Below are positions 52,061 through 64,000 of a stretch of 64,000 nt of DNA, piece after piece; the first letter of the stretch is position 1, and each line of letters begins with the position of its first letter. The notes beneath the pieces were generated by a model. It was not told where the DNA came from, did not search any database, and saw only the letters and a list, made by a program, of their open reading frames with translations. Location of the stretch: contig NC_087437.1 of the NCBI RefSeq assembly GCF_036321535.1, forward strand, positions 74,526,001-74,590,000, in the 5' to 3' direction. The DNA comes from Camelus dromedarius. Lineage: Eukaryota. The translations under genes and the position numbers were made by a program.

Positions 52061-52249
52061 TGATTACCAAATTTTAAGGTATTGCAATTGTGGCAGGATA
52101 ATTTGAGATATTAATCTGTGGTTTATTGCCTTTGTTCTCACTGATGCAGAAGATTCAAAAGACTTGGAGTGATTTTGTATGTTTTTCTCTTTCCTCCTTC
52201 AAGAAAACAATCAAGATTTTGAGTTCTAGAATTTAAGAATATCTCTTAC

Positions 52250-52312
52250 CATAAGAGAGAATTAACTTCTGTTTTCTAAAACCTTTCATGAAGCAATTGG
52301 GCTGAATTTCAT
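52250..52312 (-). other. Candidate 63-nt exon (phase 1-1)
   Basis: Acceptor tctttcttcctcccctcAG, donor ATG|GTAAGA; single open frame EIQPNCFMKGFRKQKLILSY. Confidence 0.3.
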
Positions 52313-52839
52313 CTGAGGGGAGGAAGAAAGATGAAGCAGAAGAGTGTGGCCTGGAAGATATAAGAGGGTGAGAGTCCCTCAGACTAGAGCTGGGTGTGGT
52401 TGGATTTTTGGCAAGTAGAGGAGACCCGTGTCCCTGCTGCACACAGGGGCCCAGATGGGAGACAGAGGATATCTGAGATCGGCCTCTAAAGGTCTAGACC
52501 TGCAGGGCAGCATTAAGGTCCTCTGTGGGCTAGCAGGAGGACCACTCCAATGGAGATCTCTGAGCAGGCCCAGCACAGTCCTGCCAGGAAACTGACAGAA
52601 GACCAACCTGTGTAAAAGCATCATGCAACAGAATAACCAGTGATAATGATAAAGACACAGTGGGCTACAGACCAGGTCACCTGCTCATCTCCACGTGACC
52701 CAATTCAAGTCTTACAGATCCATAAGAAAGAGGAGCTCCCCAATCAAGATTTGTATTTTTTTCTTACTACCCTGGTAATTGAAGACTAGGTCCATAATTA
52801 ATTTATTTTTAAAAAATGAAGTTCTTTAACTTAAGCAAT

Positions 52840-53070
52840 GTAGAACAAAGAAGTTTGAGTTTTGGAGTTATGCTGACCTCACTTTAAACACTAGCTGTGT
52901 GTGTGTAACTATAAGTGAGTGATTCAAGATCACTAAACTTTAGTTATCATATTTGTAAAACCATAATTAATAGCTTGAAGCATAGGTGTAAAAATTAATA
53001 ATTCATAAATTGATGGATGCATCATATGGCATACAGTGGGTAATCAATAAATGGAGCTATTATTATTATT
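52840..53070 (+). mobile_element. MIR relic
   Basis: cactagctgtgtg...ttagttatcatatttgtaaaa...tggcatacagtgggtaatcaataaatggagctattatt. Confidence 0.65.
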
Positions 53071-53094
53071 ATTGTTATTGTTATTGTTATATAA

Positions 53095-54016
53095 ATGTGG
53101 TCCACTAGGCAGAAAAATAGCTGTCAAAAAGATGACCCTGTGATAAAAAGGTCCCTGTCGAAGGTGCAGTGGTACACACACAACTCAGATTCCCTTCAAG
53201 ACCAAGGCATTCCTGAGCTAGGCTACCTGAGACGTGGATCACATGCCACACGCACTAGCAGGGTCTGGGAAAGCACATGTAGACCTGTAACTACAGGTGC
53301 TGGAACAAAGAAGGATGGAACATAAAGCTGGATATGGGAGAGTCTACCAACATGGGAACACTATCCTGTGATACAGAATTTAATACTCTGTAAGGACCTC
53401 AGGAGACAGTGCTAGCTACTCAGATGCCTTGGAAGCATAAACTGATGGCCTGCATTAGGTGAATTAGAAATGCCAGAAATTCTTCATTCATTGGTAGATT
53501 GGCTCCATACATGGATGCAAGCTGAAAATTGCCAGCTCCTGCATCTCACTCAGAGATAACCTTGAAATCAACAGAAAATGAACTTCCTCCCAACAGGCAG
53601 AGCTTCAGATGGTGCACCCAGCCATCTGCTTTGTGTGGGAAGTGGCCCAAATTTATGATACATATGGTTTCATGAGCAATGGCAAAGGTCTTGACTGGCT
53701 GGAAGGGGCATGGAAGGAAAAAGACTGGGAGATCTGGGACAGAGACGTCTCAGAAAGAGGCATGTGGTGAGACATAGAGGGATGGACACAATGTGTGTGG
53801 AAACCTTTGTGTTGCACATGACTGCTTGGGAGCCACTGTGTCATCTGGCACCCAGGTGATCCACTGGAGCCTGCCTTAGTACTGCCCTGTTCAGATACAA
53901 AGAACAGTCCAGCTCTCACATTTGCTCACAGATATTGTTGCTCAGAACACTTTCCTATAAATCTCCTGTGTACAGATCTTTCAGAGTCTGTCTCCCAAGG
54001 AACCCAATCCAAGAAA
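53095..54016 (+). mobile_element. Deleted ERVL-class provirus remnant (internal pol/RNase H piece plus LTR16-like 3' end)
   Basis: Frameshifted RNase H-like reading SSQQAELQMVH...AWKEKDWEIWD...GMW at ~53585-53820; ends cagagtctgtctcccaagggaaccc. Confidence 0.7.
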
Positions 54017-54489
54017 GTGCCAAAATAAATGTTTATAACTTAAAAGGAAAGACAGTAAAATTTTATATGACAGATAATTAATGCTTTCATTATAAAATGT
54101 ATACTTTAAATCCTTGAATATGAACATTTTAAAGGAGACTGAGACAAGCGACTAAAATTGTCACCATCACAACCCACCCTACACCAGCCAACTACACAAG
54201 GACACACTCATAGATGTACTCACACATATAAATCACTCATTCTCTGGAATAAAAAAGAACAAAACAATGAGATTTCTTATAAAATCAAATTTTAGATTGG
54301 AGAAAATCAGAATAAAATCTAGAATGTGCATAACATACATATCAGGCAATAAATAATTAATTAAATACATTATGGGTAGCTATATGATGGAATACTATGC
54401 GGCAAATGAAAACTATCTCATTTAGGAATATTTCATATCATTTTATTACAAAGTTTGACAAACTACAAAGTGAACAAAATATATTATAA

Positions 54490-55190
54490 AACAAATATGG
54501 TACCACTTCATACCCATCATAATGGCTGTTAGCAAAAAACAAGAAAACAACAAGTGTTGGCAAGAATTGGAAGCACTGGAAAACTGTGCATTGCTGATGG
54601 GAAGATAAAACAGTGCAGCTGCAGTAGAAAGCAGTATGGTGTTTCCTAAAAACATTAAACAGTGATTTACAATATGAACCAGCAGTCCACTTACAAATGT
54701 ACATACAAAGTAACAGAAAGCAGGACTATTCACAAAAGCCAAATGGTGGAAACATCAAAAATTTCCACTTATGGATGCATAAACTGTATTATATACATAC
54801 AATGGAATATTGCCATAAAAAAGGAATGAAATTCAGATACATGCTAGAACACGGATGAACCTTGAAGACATAATGCCAAATGAAATAAGCCATAAGCAAA
54901 AGAATGAAGATTTTGTGATTCCACTTATATGAGGTACGTAGAATAATCAAATCCATAGAGACAGAGAGAACAATGGTTATGAGACGTTGTTAGGAAGGTA
55001 GGAGTGGGAATTTATTATTTAATGGGTGCAGCATTTCACTATGGAGTGATGAAAAAGTTCTGGAGATGGACAGTGGTGATGGTAACACAACAAAGAGAAT
55101 GAACTTAATGTAACTGAAATGTACACTTAAAAACAGTTAAAAGGGTCAGTTTTGTGTTATACATATTTTACCAGAATAGAAAAATTACCA
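54490..55190 (+). mobile_element. 5'-truncated L1MB-type 3' end
   Basis: taccacttcatacccatc...aagtgttggcaagaattgg...ggatgaaccttgaagacata...aaagttctggagatggacagtggtgatgg. Confidence 0.85.
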
Positions 55191-55439
55191 AAAAGAAAAC
55201 AAAACCAAGTAAAGTACACAATTGTACAATTTCTGTTTAAAAAAAAACATACATAGGTTCTGGAGTGAGCATCTGAGAATACTCCCCCTCACCCCCTTTC
55301 CTTCTTTCCTTCCTTTAGCACACACAGCCTACCTACTCAGTGTCAGCCTAAATACTGCAAACACAAAGATTTCTAAGGCAGAAAAGACTCCCTTAAAGTG
55401 TACACACGCCCATAATCCAATGTGAGAAAGGAGATACTG

Positions 55440-55877
55440 AAAAAAAAATATTACTGACTATGATTTTCCTGGGTGAGGTTGATATAATCAGATGAGGCCT
55501 TTAAAAGAACCTGGAAGCCTCAGAGAGCTCTTCTGCTGGATAGCAATGTCATGAGTTGCCTTTGGAGGGGCCTAGTACAGGAAAGTGGCCTCTAAGAACT
55601 GAGAGCAACCCCAGCCAACAGCTAGCAAGAAAAGTGGGGCCTCAATCATATTGTACCCATAAGGGGCTGAATTCTGTTCATAGCCTAAATGAGTTGGGAA
55701 GAGCACCCCAAGCTGCAAATGAGACCTCAGCACTGGCCAACACCTTGATGGCAGCCTCATGAGACCTTGAGCAGAGTGTGTCATGCAGAAATTTCTGATC
55801 CACAAAAACCAGGAGGCAACTCAACGGTGTTTTAAGTTTGTGATTATTTCTTACGCAGCAATGGAAAAAGAACAACA
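55440..55877 (+). mobile_element. MLT1 (MaLR) LTR
   Basis: ggcctctaagaactgagagc...gctagcaagaaaagtggggcctcaatc...caacaccttgatggcagcctcatgagacc...ttttaagtttgtgattatttcttacgcagcaat. Confidence 0.8.
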
Positions 55878-58499
55878 GGTCATTTTTTTAAGTCCTTTGG
55901 GCTTTCATTTTCATGACAGGCAACATAAGGTACAAAAGTGCACATAGTATATATTAATGATACTCACTGTGTTACAAAGAATTTTCTCTGAGTATTTACA
56001 GCTTTAACAATGGAAAATACGGTAAGTTTTGAGATTTGAAATGTGTTCTTTCTGACATGCCTGCAAATATGCCCTGCAGATGAGCTTTAGGCACAGTATT
56101 TGGCAAAATGATCCGAGTCTTCATTTCACTTGCTGAGCTAAAAAGTAAAATGTTAGTTGTTTACATTATAGTTTTGTCTGCCACAAAGAGCAATCTGTAT
56201 TTCTATTAAATCCATTAAATCCTTTAAAAGTTATACTTTCTTAGCTCTGAATCAGTAGGTGCCTCCTGAATCATTAATACTCAAAAGAGATGGAGGAAAT
56301 GCAGGAAATGTTTCCAAAAAAAGTTCTTCCTGCTGAATTAATGTATAAGAATTATAGAATCTTTACCAAAAAATAATAAATTTTGGAAGAACCAGGACAC
56401 AGAAAAAGTATTTTGTCTTCTCCCTTAGTCCTCTCCTTCCTGGCCATGTGACCTTGGGGAAAGCTAGTCTGTATAAAAGATTGAATAAATACTAATAGAA
56501 TTAATGAAAGCATTCCATGCAAATGATATATGGTAAGTGCCTTATAAATTCTAAAGTGCTAAAATTAAAAATAAGATAACAGACTTGTTAAGAAGAGTTT
56601 TCTTTTTTCTCCCCAAAATAGTAGGTTCCAGATACTAGCATGCTCAGAATGAGAACCTTTTAGGAATGATAAAGCATTGGGTGTAAATGATCTTTGAGTA
56701 CATTGTAAAGTGTGCTTTATTGGAATGTTGATATTGGAAAATAAATTACACTAATCAGCCTCTTAAATAAAATGTAACCTCATAAATTATAGTGTGTGTA
56801 TACTTTGTAAAATTTATGTATAGGGACACATTTAAATTGTTTAGTTAATTAGAGGAATTATTAAGTTAATTGTTATTGGCCTAAGAGTCTTGAGTTATTG
56901 GTGTAATTAAGATTATTTGTATAAGAATAAATCTTGGTATGGGGGAATATCTTTTCCTCTTCTTCTTCTTTTTCTTTTTTTATATTTTAACTTCCTTTGA
57001 TCAGAGCTTAATAGGATCCAAAATCATTTATATCCTGGCAGGTAGGGGTCAGCGAGTTTGAGATGATTTCAGGCACAGTGGTGACTCAAACTTCTCACTG
57101 CTCTTTGGTTATGAAAATGTAAAAAGATTTCTCCATCTTCTGGGTAATATTCCTGAGGATGACTTCTTACTATATTTGTATCCTTCTAGAAAGTCTTTTT
57201 GTAGCATTTATTCAAAATGACTACTGTGCCCCATCATACATAATATTTTGTTATTGTTTGAATATATCTTAGGTAGGTACTTCAGGGGTACCTCTAGAAA
57301 TTGCACTGTCTCACCACTTCATGCTACACTTCAGAACTCCAGAATGAGACTTCCCCTGGACTCTCCTTGGATTCTACTTTTGTTTTCTGATTGTTCTGGA
57401 TGAAAGTCATTCCTCCACTACCAGGAACCCCACCTAGCCTATGATAGTTGTGAGTCCCTCCTCAGCAGTTTTGCTGAATGACAGAAAATACTCTATATCC
57501 CAAGAGACTACTAGTTAAGGCAGAAAGAAAAATTTTACTGCAATATCCACCTTGCTCTATTTTTAATAAAAGTCCATACAACTAGAAAATCCTTTAAACT
57601 AGAACTATTGATCAGGTCAGAACAACTCAGTGCCTCCAGCTCACCAAACATAGATACTAAAGTAAGAAGTAAATCCAGCCAATACAGCCTCTTTCCACAA
57701 AACAGCAACAGGAAAACATACAACAAAGAGCCATGAACTTCTAGAATTATGTAGGTTTTGTCCATTGAGTCCTTGTAGTATTCTGAAAGTCTTGGTGAAG
57801 CCAGATTGCTGTCATGATTTGTAAGATGATGCAGAAATCCAATGTGTCAAATTCAGGGCTATTTACTACTACTTAAATTAGCTACATAGAGCACGCTGCA
57901 CCCTTCTAAGTGGGGTTTGCATTGGAGAAACTAAAAGAAGGTCAGGATTTGAAGACAGATCTGCCTTTCATTAAAATTGAGTTACTGGTTCATTTGTGTA
58001 TCCTTGGACAAATCATTTCAGCAGTTAAAAAAAGATAATGCTCAAGGCTAAAAGATTAAGTCCCCTAATTAAAAAATGAACAAGGTAAAGGATAATACTA
58101 TTACAGCAAACATTGTCATTTATTGTTATTGCTTTTGGGTCTCGCTTTCTCTAAGCTCCTATTACTATTACTATTCATCATTTCTAATCGTGTACATTAG
58201 GCAAGGTGCAAAGAGCACATAGCCAGTGCTATGTTTCACTCAGAAATGGTTCCTTACTGTCTTAGTGCATCAGTGATACTCTCTTGACTCTAGGTCAGGA
58301 AGACCCAGTGGAATAATGTTTTAGAAACTAAAATAGGAAATCAGGGACCAGCTTAAATAGCATTCTTTCCAGAAACTCTGATAAAGCTAGGAGAGGACCC
58401 ATCACTGTAGGTGCCAGATGCTGGTGCAAAGGATGGTGTGAATTAATGCATCAGGCAAGGCCACAGCCTAATGAAATCTTTCACTCACCCACTGACAGA

Positions 58500-58680
58500 T
58501 TGAGGCAGAGATCAGCTAGTTTATTCATTCATTCATTCACCTGCTATGTGTATCACACTCTAATAAGCGTTGAGAAAGATGCAACAGAAATTAACCCTTA
58601 GAGAGTATACAGATGGTGCCCAACAAACATTCCTTCACCTCCAGAAGCTTACAAGATTTTAGAAAGAAAGAGCTAAGTAG
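58500..58680 (-). mobile_element. L2 3'-end relic
   Basis: (TTCA)n tail followed by cacctgctatgtgtatcacactc. Confidence 0.55.
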
Positions 58681-59964
58681 AAGTAAAAAGTAGGATATCA
58701 AGGCAGTGTTGCATGATAGAAAGAGCATAGGCGTCTACGAAGACCGTAATGTATTATCTTATTTCTTTATTATTCATTATTTAAAGTTTTAGGAATTAAA
58801 AGAGTGTGTTATTCATGTAAGACTATACAGATCAGTGGCACAAAACGGAGACCAATATAATTAATCATGTAAATGTAGACGAAAACAACAAAAAGATACC
58901 ACTTTCACCAACCAGATTAAGTGTTTGGCAACACCACCTGCTGGCAACTGTGGAGGGAAAGGAAACTCACACTGAAAGTAGGACAAGTTAGAAAAGCCAC
59001 TCTAGTAGAGCAATTCGGCAGTATTTAGATAAACCCACAAATACTCGAGCCCTCTGACCCAACAGTTCAACCTCTAAGTTTTTTTTCTACAGAAACTTTC
59101 ACAAGTTTCTCACACAGAAACTCTGCCCAAAGAGACACATAAAAATATGCACAATGCATCATTTTTGTAATAGCAAAGTATTGGAGGAAATGTAATGTGA
59201 CTGATCAGAGAATGGAGTTATGACAAAGAGAGCTATAGATTTAGAATTTTAAGTAAAACTTGGTCATTTCCTAAGAATGGCATTGCAGGAAGGAAGAAGG
59301 GAAATACTTAACATCCAGAGGTAGGCAAACACCATACCTCGATTCCTCAATATTTCAAAATCACAGACTTTCTTTAGTATATGGCAAACTTCCTAAAAAA
59401 AGCCCTCCAAGGATTTTCTTGGGTTTTCAAAAGACTTCTGACATACAGGTAGATTTCATGATACTTAGCAGAGAGGGGAGAGACCTCATCATCACATGTC
59501 AGCAATGTTCAAAAGGCTATTAAAAAGATATGCTTATAAGACATGTTTGAAAGGGAATTAGAGTGTCTTTCCAATAAAACACAAGTACTCATCATGTTGT
59601 TAAAAATTCTCTAAACTACTACTGGGTAATGTGTATTTAATGAAGAAGATTATTTTGCAACTGTGAACAAAAAACTGTGGTGTATTTATTCAATGTATTC
59701 ATGTGAATGAAACTGATCCACAAGTACCAGCATGGGGACAGGTCTAAGTAAAGTGGTTACAGAATGATGTGTGTCACATGATATTTACATGCACTAAAAA
59801 ACAGGAAGTCTAAGGTTTCATGCTACATACACATGTAAGAAAACTATGAACTAAAAGGATATATACTAAATTTTAGATAGAGGTTGTCTCTGAGGAGAGA
59901 AAGAAGATGGAAATGAAGAGGGCAAATTTAAATTTATCAGTAATGGTGTACTTCTCACAAAAAC

Positions 59965-61560
59965 GCTGAATAGTCAAAACCATCTGGAGAGGAACAACGG
60001 AGCTGGAATACTGATGTTTCTTGACTTCAGATTATATTACAAAGCTACAATAATCAAAACAGTATAGTACTGGCACAAAAACAGACATGTAGCTCAATAG
60101 AAAATAATAGAGAGCCCAGAAATAAACCCACAACATTTTGGTCAATTAATCTATGACAAAGGAGGCAAGAATATTCAAATAGAGAAAAGACAGCCTCCAC
60201 AACCAGTGATACTGGGAAAACTAGACAACTGCATGTAAAAAAAAAAAAAAAAAAAGACAGAGAGAGATGAAAACATTCTCTAATACCAGATACAAAAATA
60301 AACTCAAAATGGATTAAAGACCAGAAACCATAAAACATAGGCATAACATTCTTTGACATAAATCATAGCAATATTTAATATTTTCTGAATCTATCTTCTA
60401 AAGTAAACAAAATAAAAGCAAAAATAAACAAATGGGACCTAATTAAAATTTAAAACTTTTGCATAGCAAAGGAAGCCATAGACAAAACAAAATGGCATCC
60501 TACTGAATGGGAGAAAATATTTGCAAATGATATGACCAATAGTGGGTTAATATCCAACATACCTAAACAGCTCATACAACTCAACATAAAAACAAACAAA
60601 ACAAAACAAACAAAACTTGAATAAAAAATTGGCAGAACTGAAAAGACGTTTTTCCAAAAAAGATATACAGGCATGTGAAAAGATGCTCAACATCACTAAT
60701 CAGCAGGGAAATGCAAATCAAAACCACAATGAGTTATCATCTCACACCTGTCAGAATGACTGTCATTAAAAAGACCACAAATAACAAACATTGGCAAGGA
60801 TGTGGAGAAAAGGGAACCCTCATACACTGTTGGTATATAAATTGGTGCAGCCACTGTGGAAAACAGTATGGAGTTTTCTGAAAAAACTAAAAAAGAACTA
60901 CTATATGACCCAGCAATCCCAGTCCTGGGGATATATCCAAAAAAACCCCAAAAACACTAATTCAAAAAAACACATGCACCCCAATGTTCACAGTAGCACT
61001 ATTTACAATAGCCAGGACGTAGAAGCAATCTAAATGTCCATCAATGGATGAATGGAAAAAGACAATGTGGTATATACATATATATATATATGTATATATA
61101 TACACATACACACAATGAAATACTATTCAGTCATAAAAAATGAAGTAATGCCATTTGCAGCAACATGGATGGAACTAGATGTTATCATACTAGGTGAAGT
61201 AAGTCAGAAAGAGAAAGACAAATACTGTATTATATTATTTACATGTGGAATCTGAAAAAATAAACTAGTGAATATAACAAAAAAGCAGCAGACTCACTGA
61301 TACAGAAAACAAACTAGTAGTTACTAGTGGGGAGAGAGAAGGTGAAGGGGTGAAGTCAGGGTAGGGGAATTAAGGGGTATGAACTATTATGTATAAAATA
61401 AGCTACAAGGATATATTGTACAACATGAGAAATATAGCCAATATTTTATAATAACTACAAATGGCTTATAGCCTTTAAAAATTCTGAATCACTATACTGT
61501 ACACCTATAACATATAATATTTGTACATCAACTGTATGTTAATAACAAATCTTTTTAAAG
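59965..61560 (+). mobile_element. 5'-truncated L1 (ORF2 C-terminal part plus 3' UTR)
   Basis: ORF pieces [25 protein letters not shown]... and MKYYSVIKNEVMPFAATWMELDVIILGEVSQKEKDKYC; internal (TA)n run. Confidence 0.9.
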
Positions 61561-61896
61561 ACTTAACAAAATAATGGTTTAATTCTTTTATATTTAAAAA
61601 GTCTGACAAAATAAAAAAAGATTTTACATTTCATAATTATACTGATGTGTTTACACAGAATTACTGAATTGTTTATCTTTCAACTTTGTCTTTTGGCTTT
61701 ATGTACTGGAGGCTCTGTTGGATACATATACATTTATAATTCTTATATCTTCCTGATGTAGTAACTTTTTTAGCATTATAACATGTTCCTCTTTGTCTCC
61801 AGTATTTCTTACATTAAATTTTATTTTATCCAATATAAATACAATCATTCTATTTTTCTTATGCTTAATATTTACATTGTATAGATATGTATTTTT

Positions 61897-62040
61897 GTTA
61901 TTAGTTTTTTTGTGGGTTTTTTGGTGGGGGGAGGTAATTAGGTTTACTTATTTGTTCTTAGAGTAAGTACCGGAGATTGAACCCAGGACCTCACGCATGC
62001 TAAGCATGCACTCTACCACTTGAGCTATATCTTCCCCACC
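61897..62040 (-). mobile_element. Vic-1-type SINE
   Basis: 15-bp TSD tagatatgtattttt at 61882-61896 and 62041-62055; A and B boxes on the minus strand. Confidence 0.92.
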
Positions 62041-62309
62041 TAGATATGTATTTTTTCACTGTTTTATTTTCAATATTTATATATCTTTTAATCTAAAATA
62101 TATCTCTTGCAGAAAGCATATAATTGAACTTTTCTTTGTCATCAGGTTTGATAATCTTTGCTTTCTGATAGAGTTTAGTTTACTTACTTTGGGCTCAATT
62201 ATTGATACGGTTAAATTTATGTCTATATTTTTGCATTTGTTTTCTGTATGATATGTGTCTGGATTTTTTCTCAGCTTCTCCTTTACTGACTAACATTAGG
62301 CAATATTAT

Positions 62310-62706
62310 TGTGTTAATCTAAGTCCTCAAGAAGCAGGATTAAATGAGTGAGGATTTTATTAGGGGAAATGTCTGTTAAAGAAAGTGGGGAGAGGTTGGA
62401 AAAGCCAGACCATGAAGCAAGTTTAATCCGAAATGAAGGAGAAAGGAAGATTGGTCGTGTTGTAGCATTCTAAGTACTATGGGAGTCGTCAAGCCAAGGA
62501 GCATCATGAAAGGAGTCCTGTATTTCCCAGTAACAGTCCTGTCTTGGTATTTTTGTACAGTTAGTCATTGGTTGGGAATAGCACATGGAAAAAGTGAGCT
62601 TGGAGTAACTGTGGAGATGGATTTCAGTCTGTAGAAACCAGAGCTCTTGGTCAGTTATGCTCCCTTTTATTGGAGACCTGCAAGGTGCATTTTCATGGCT
62701 GCCACA
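62310..62706 (-). mobile_element. LTR16-family (ERVL) solo LTR
   Basis: aagaagcaggattaaatg...ttttattaggggaaatgtctg...gtcattggttgggaatagc...catggctgccaca. Confidence 0.65.
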
Positions 62707-64000
62707 TCATCATCAACATTCATCTACATGGTTGCCAGTGTCTTTGCCCATTATTTCTTCTTGCATATAGGATTTTTTTCTGGGTTCACTTTTATTCCTT
62801 AAGTTCACTTTTTAAAAGTCCCTTTCATGAGTCTCTGTGCTGGTAAATTCCCTTAGTTTTTGTTTGTTTAAAAAAAAAATCTTCACCCTCATTCTTGAAA
62901 GTTAAATCTAATAAGGACAAAAAAGCAGATTGAGAATTATTTTACCTCAGGATTTTTAAAGTTAGACAATGTTATTGTGCACTAGCTTCCGCTGACTTAA
63001 AAAGAATCTGGTGTTAGTTTAATTATCATTCTTCAGCAGGTAATCTTGCTTTTTCCCTCCACTGTGTTTGAGACGTACTTTGTGGTGTGCTGAAAAATCA
63101 CTGCAACATTGTGGATGTGGATTTACTTTCATTAATCTTTCTTGGTATACTTTGAACTATCTGTATTTTGTGAATTAATTTCTTTGATTATTTCTAGAAA
63201 ACTGTCAGCTATTGTCTCTTACATCTTCTCTCCTCTCTTTTCCTCAATTATGATAGACCTACTCATTGTATCTTTTGTATCTTTTAGTTTCTCTTTTATA
63301 TTCTCTGTCTTCTTGTCTCTCAGTGTTTTATTGTGTAATTTCTTCAGGTCGATCCTTCATTCACTAATTTTTAATTCCTGTGTGTGTGTTAGTTGCTATT
63401 TAATTCATCTTTTTAGCTGATAAGACCACTAGAAATTGTTATTTCTAAAGCCATTTGACTTATTTTCAAGTCTGATTTAATTTTTTTATCTAACAAATAG
63501 TTTTATTGTAATGTGAAAACTACTCAGATTACCTAGACCTCCATACAAACAGGCAAAAATGCCAGATTTCAAAGGCTAAATAAGCTTAAATAATATTGAA
63601 TTTAATTATACTTTCTAGTATGTTTCAGGAATATTCATTAGCACATTAATCTTTATTCAAATAACTAAATAAATAATTATTTTATAATCTGCACTTCAGA
63701 TTTTTATCGTCCTTATTGTTTAATTGTCCCTTAATTCTTTATTTCTCGATTTTACTTGCCAAAAATGTCAGGATTTTGATATACATTAATAGAAAAAGTG
63801 CTGTCTATATTATCCAAGTATTGTGTATTTTAAAAATAAATCATACCTAAAATATTCAGCTGGAATTAATTCAAGTGTATCTCCAAGAAAGGCAAGCATT
63901 ATTCAACACAGTTTTGAGGTAGTATCCTACGAGATATGTTGAATTTGTGATTCAAAATAACATCTATTCAATGTAGGGGAAAAAAGACACTATTTTTCCT

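Larger units (their letters stand above)
61670..63480 (-). mobile_element. Highly decayed ancient L1 fragments, interrupted by a SINE and an LTR
   Basis: T-rich + strand with reverse-complemented L1-like motifs (ctctgttggatacatatacatttataatt; ctctgtgctggtaaattcccttagtttttg; cttcaccctcattcttgaaag). Confidence 0.6.

Noticed and set aside
57535..57846. ~100-codon open minus-strand frame with a TTG|GTGAGC donor
   Set aside because: No convincing acceptor or homology; hydrophobicity is explained by T-rich composition
1..64000. CRISPR arrays, operons, rRNA or other prokaryotic systems
   Set aside because: The sequence is mammalian and repeat-rich; I saw no regular repeat-spacer array or gene-dense region

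Overview
AT-rich mammalian genomic DNA, very probably camelid (five Vic-1-type tRNA-derived SINEs). Most of the window is transposon-derived. The centre (~30.4-46.2 kb) is a three-level nest of + strand LINE-1s: an ancient L1 contains an internally deleted mid-age L1, which contains a young full-length L1 (35704-42810). The young L1 has a 12-bp TSD, an intact ORF1, and an ORF2 broken only by two frameshifts. A second ancient L1 (~24.0-29.9 kb) carries a spliced FUS mRNA fragment (25488-25750) inside ORF1, with no poly(A) tail or TSD. The rest is solo LTRs, an ERVL remnant, MIR/L2 relics and DNA-transposon MITEs. Short non-repetitive islands carry strong minus-strand splice signals. Two of them (9333-9256 and 122-1) splice in phase into one open reading frame, which suggests the window is mostly intronic sequence of a minus-strand gene that I could not identify. 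Repeat family names come from my recall of consensus sequences, not a database search, and many boundaries are approximate. I found no clearly new biological system; the best leads are the non-canonical FUS capture, the candidate exon chain, and features of the young L1.
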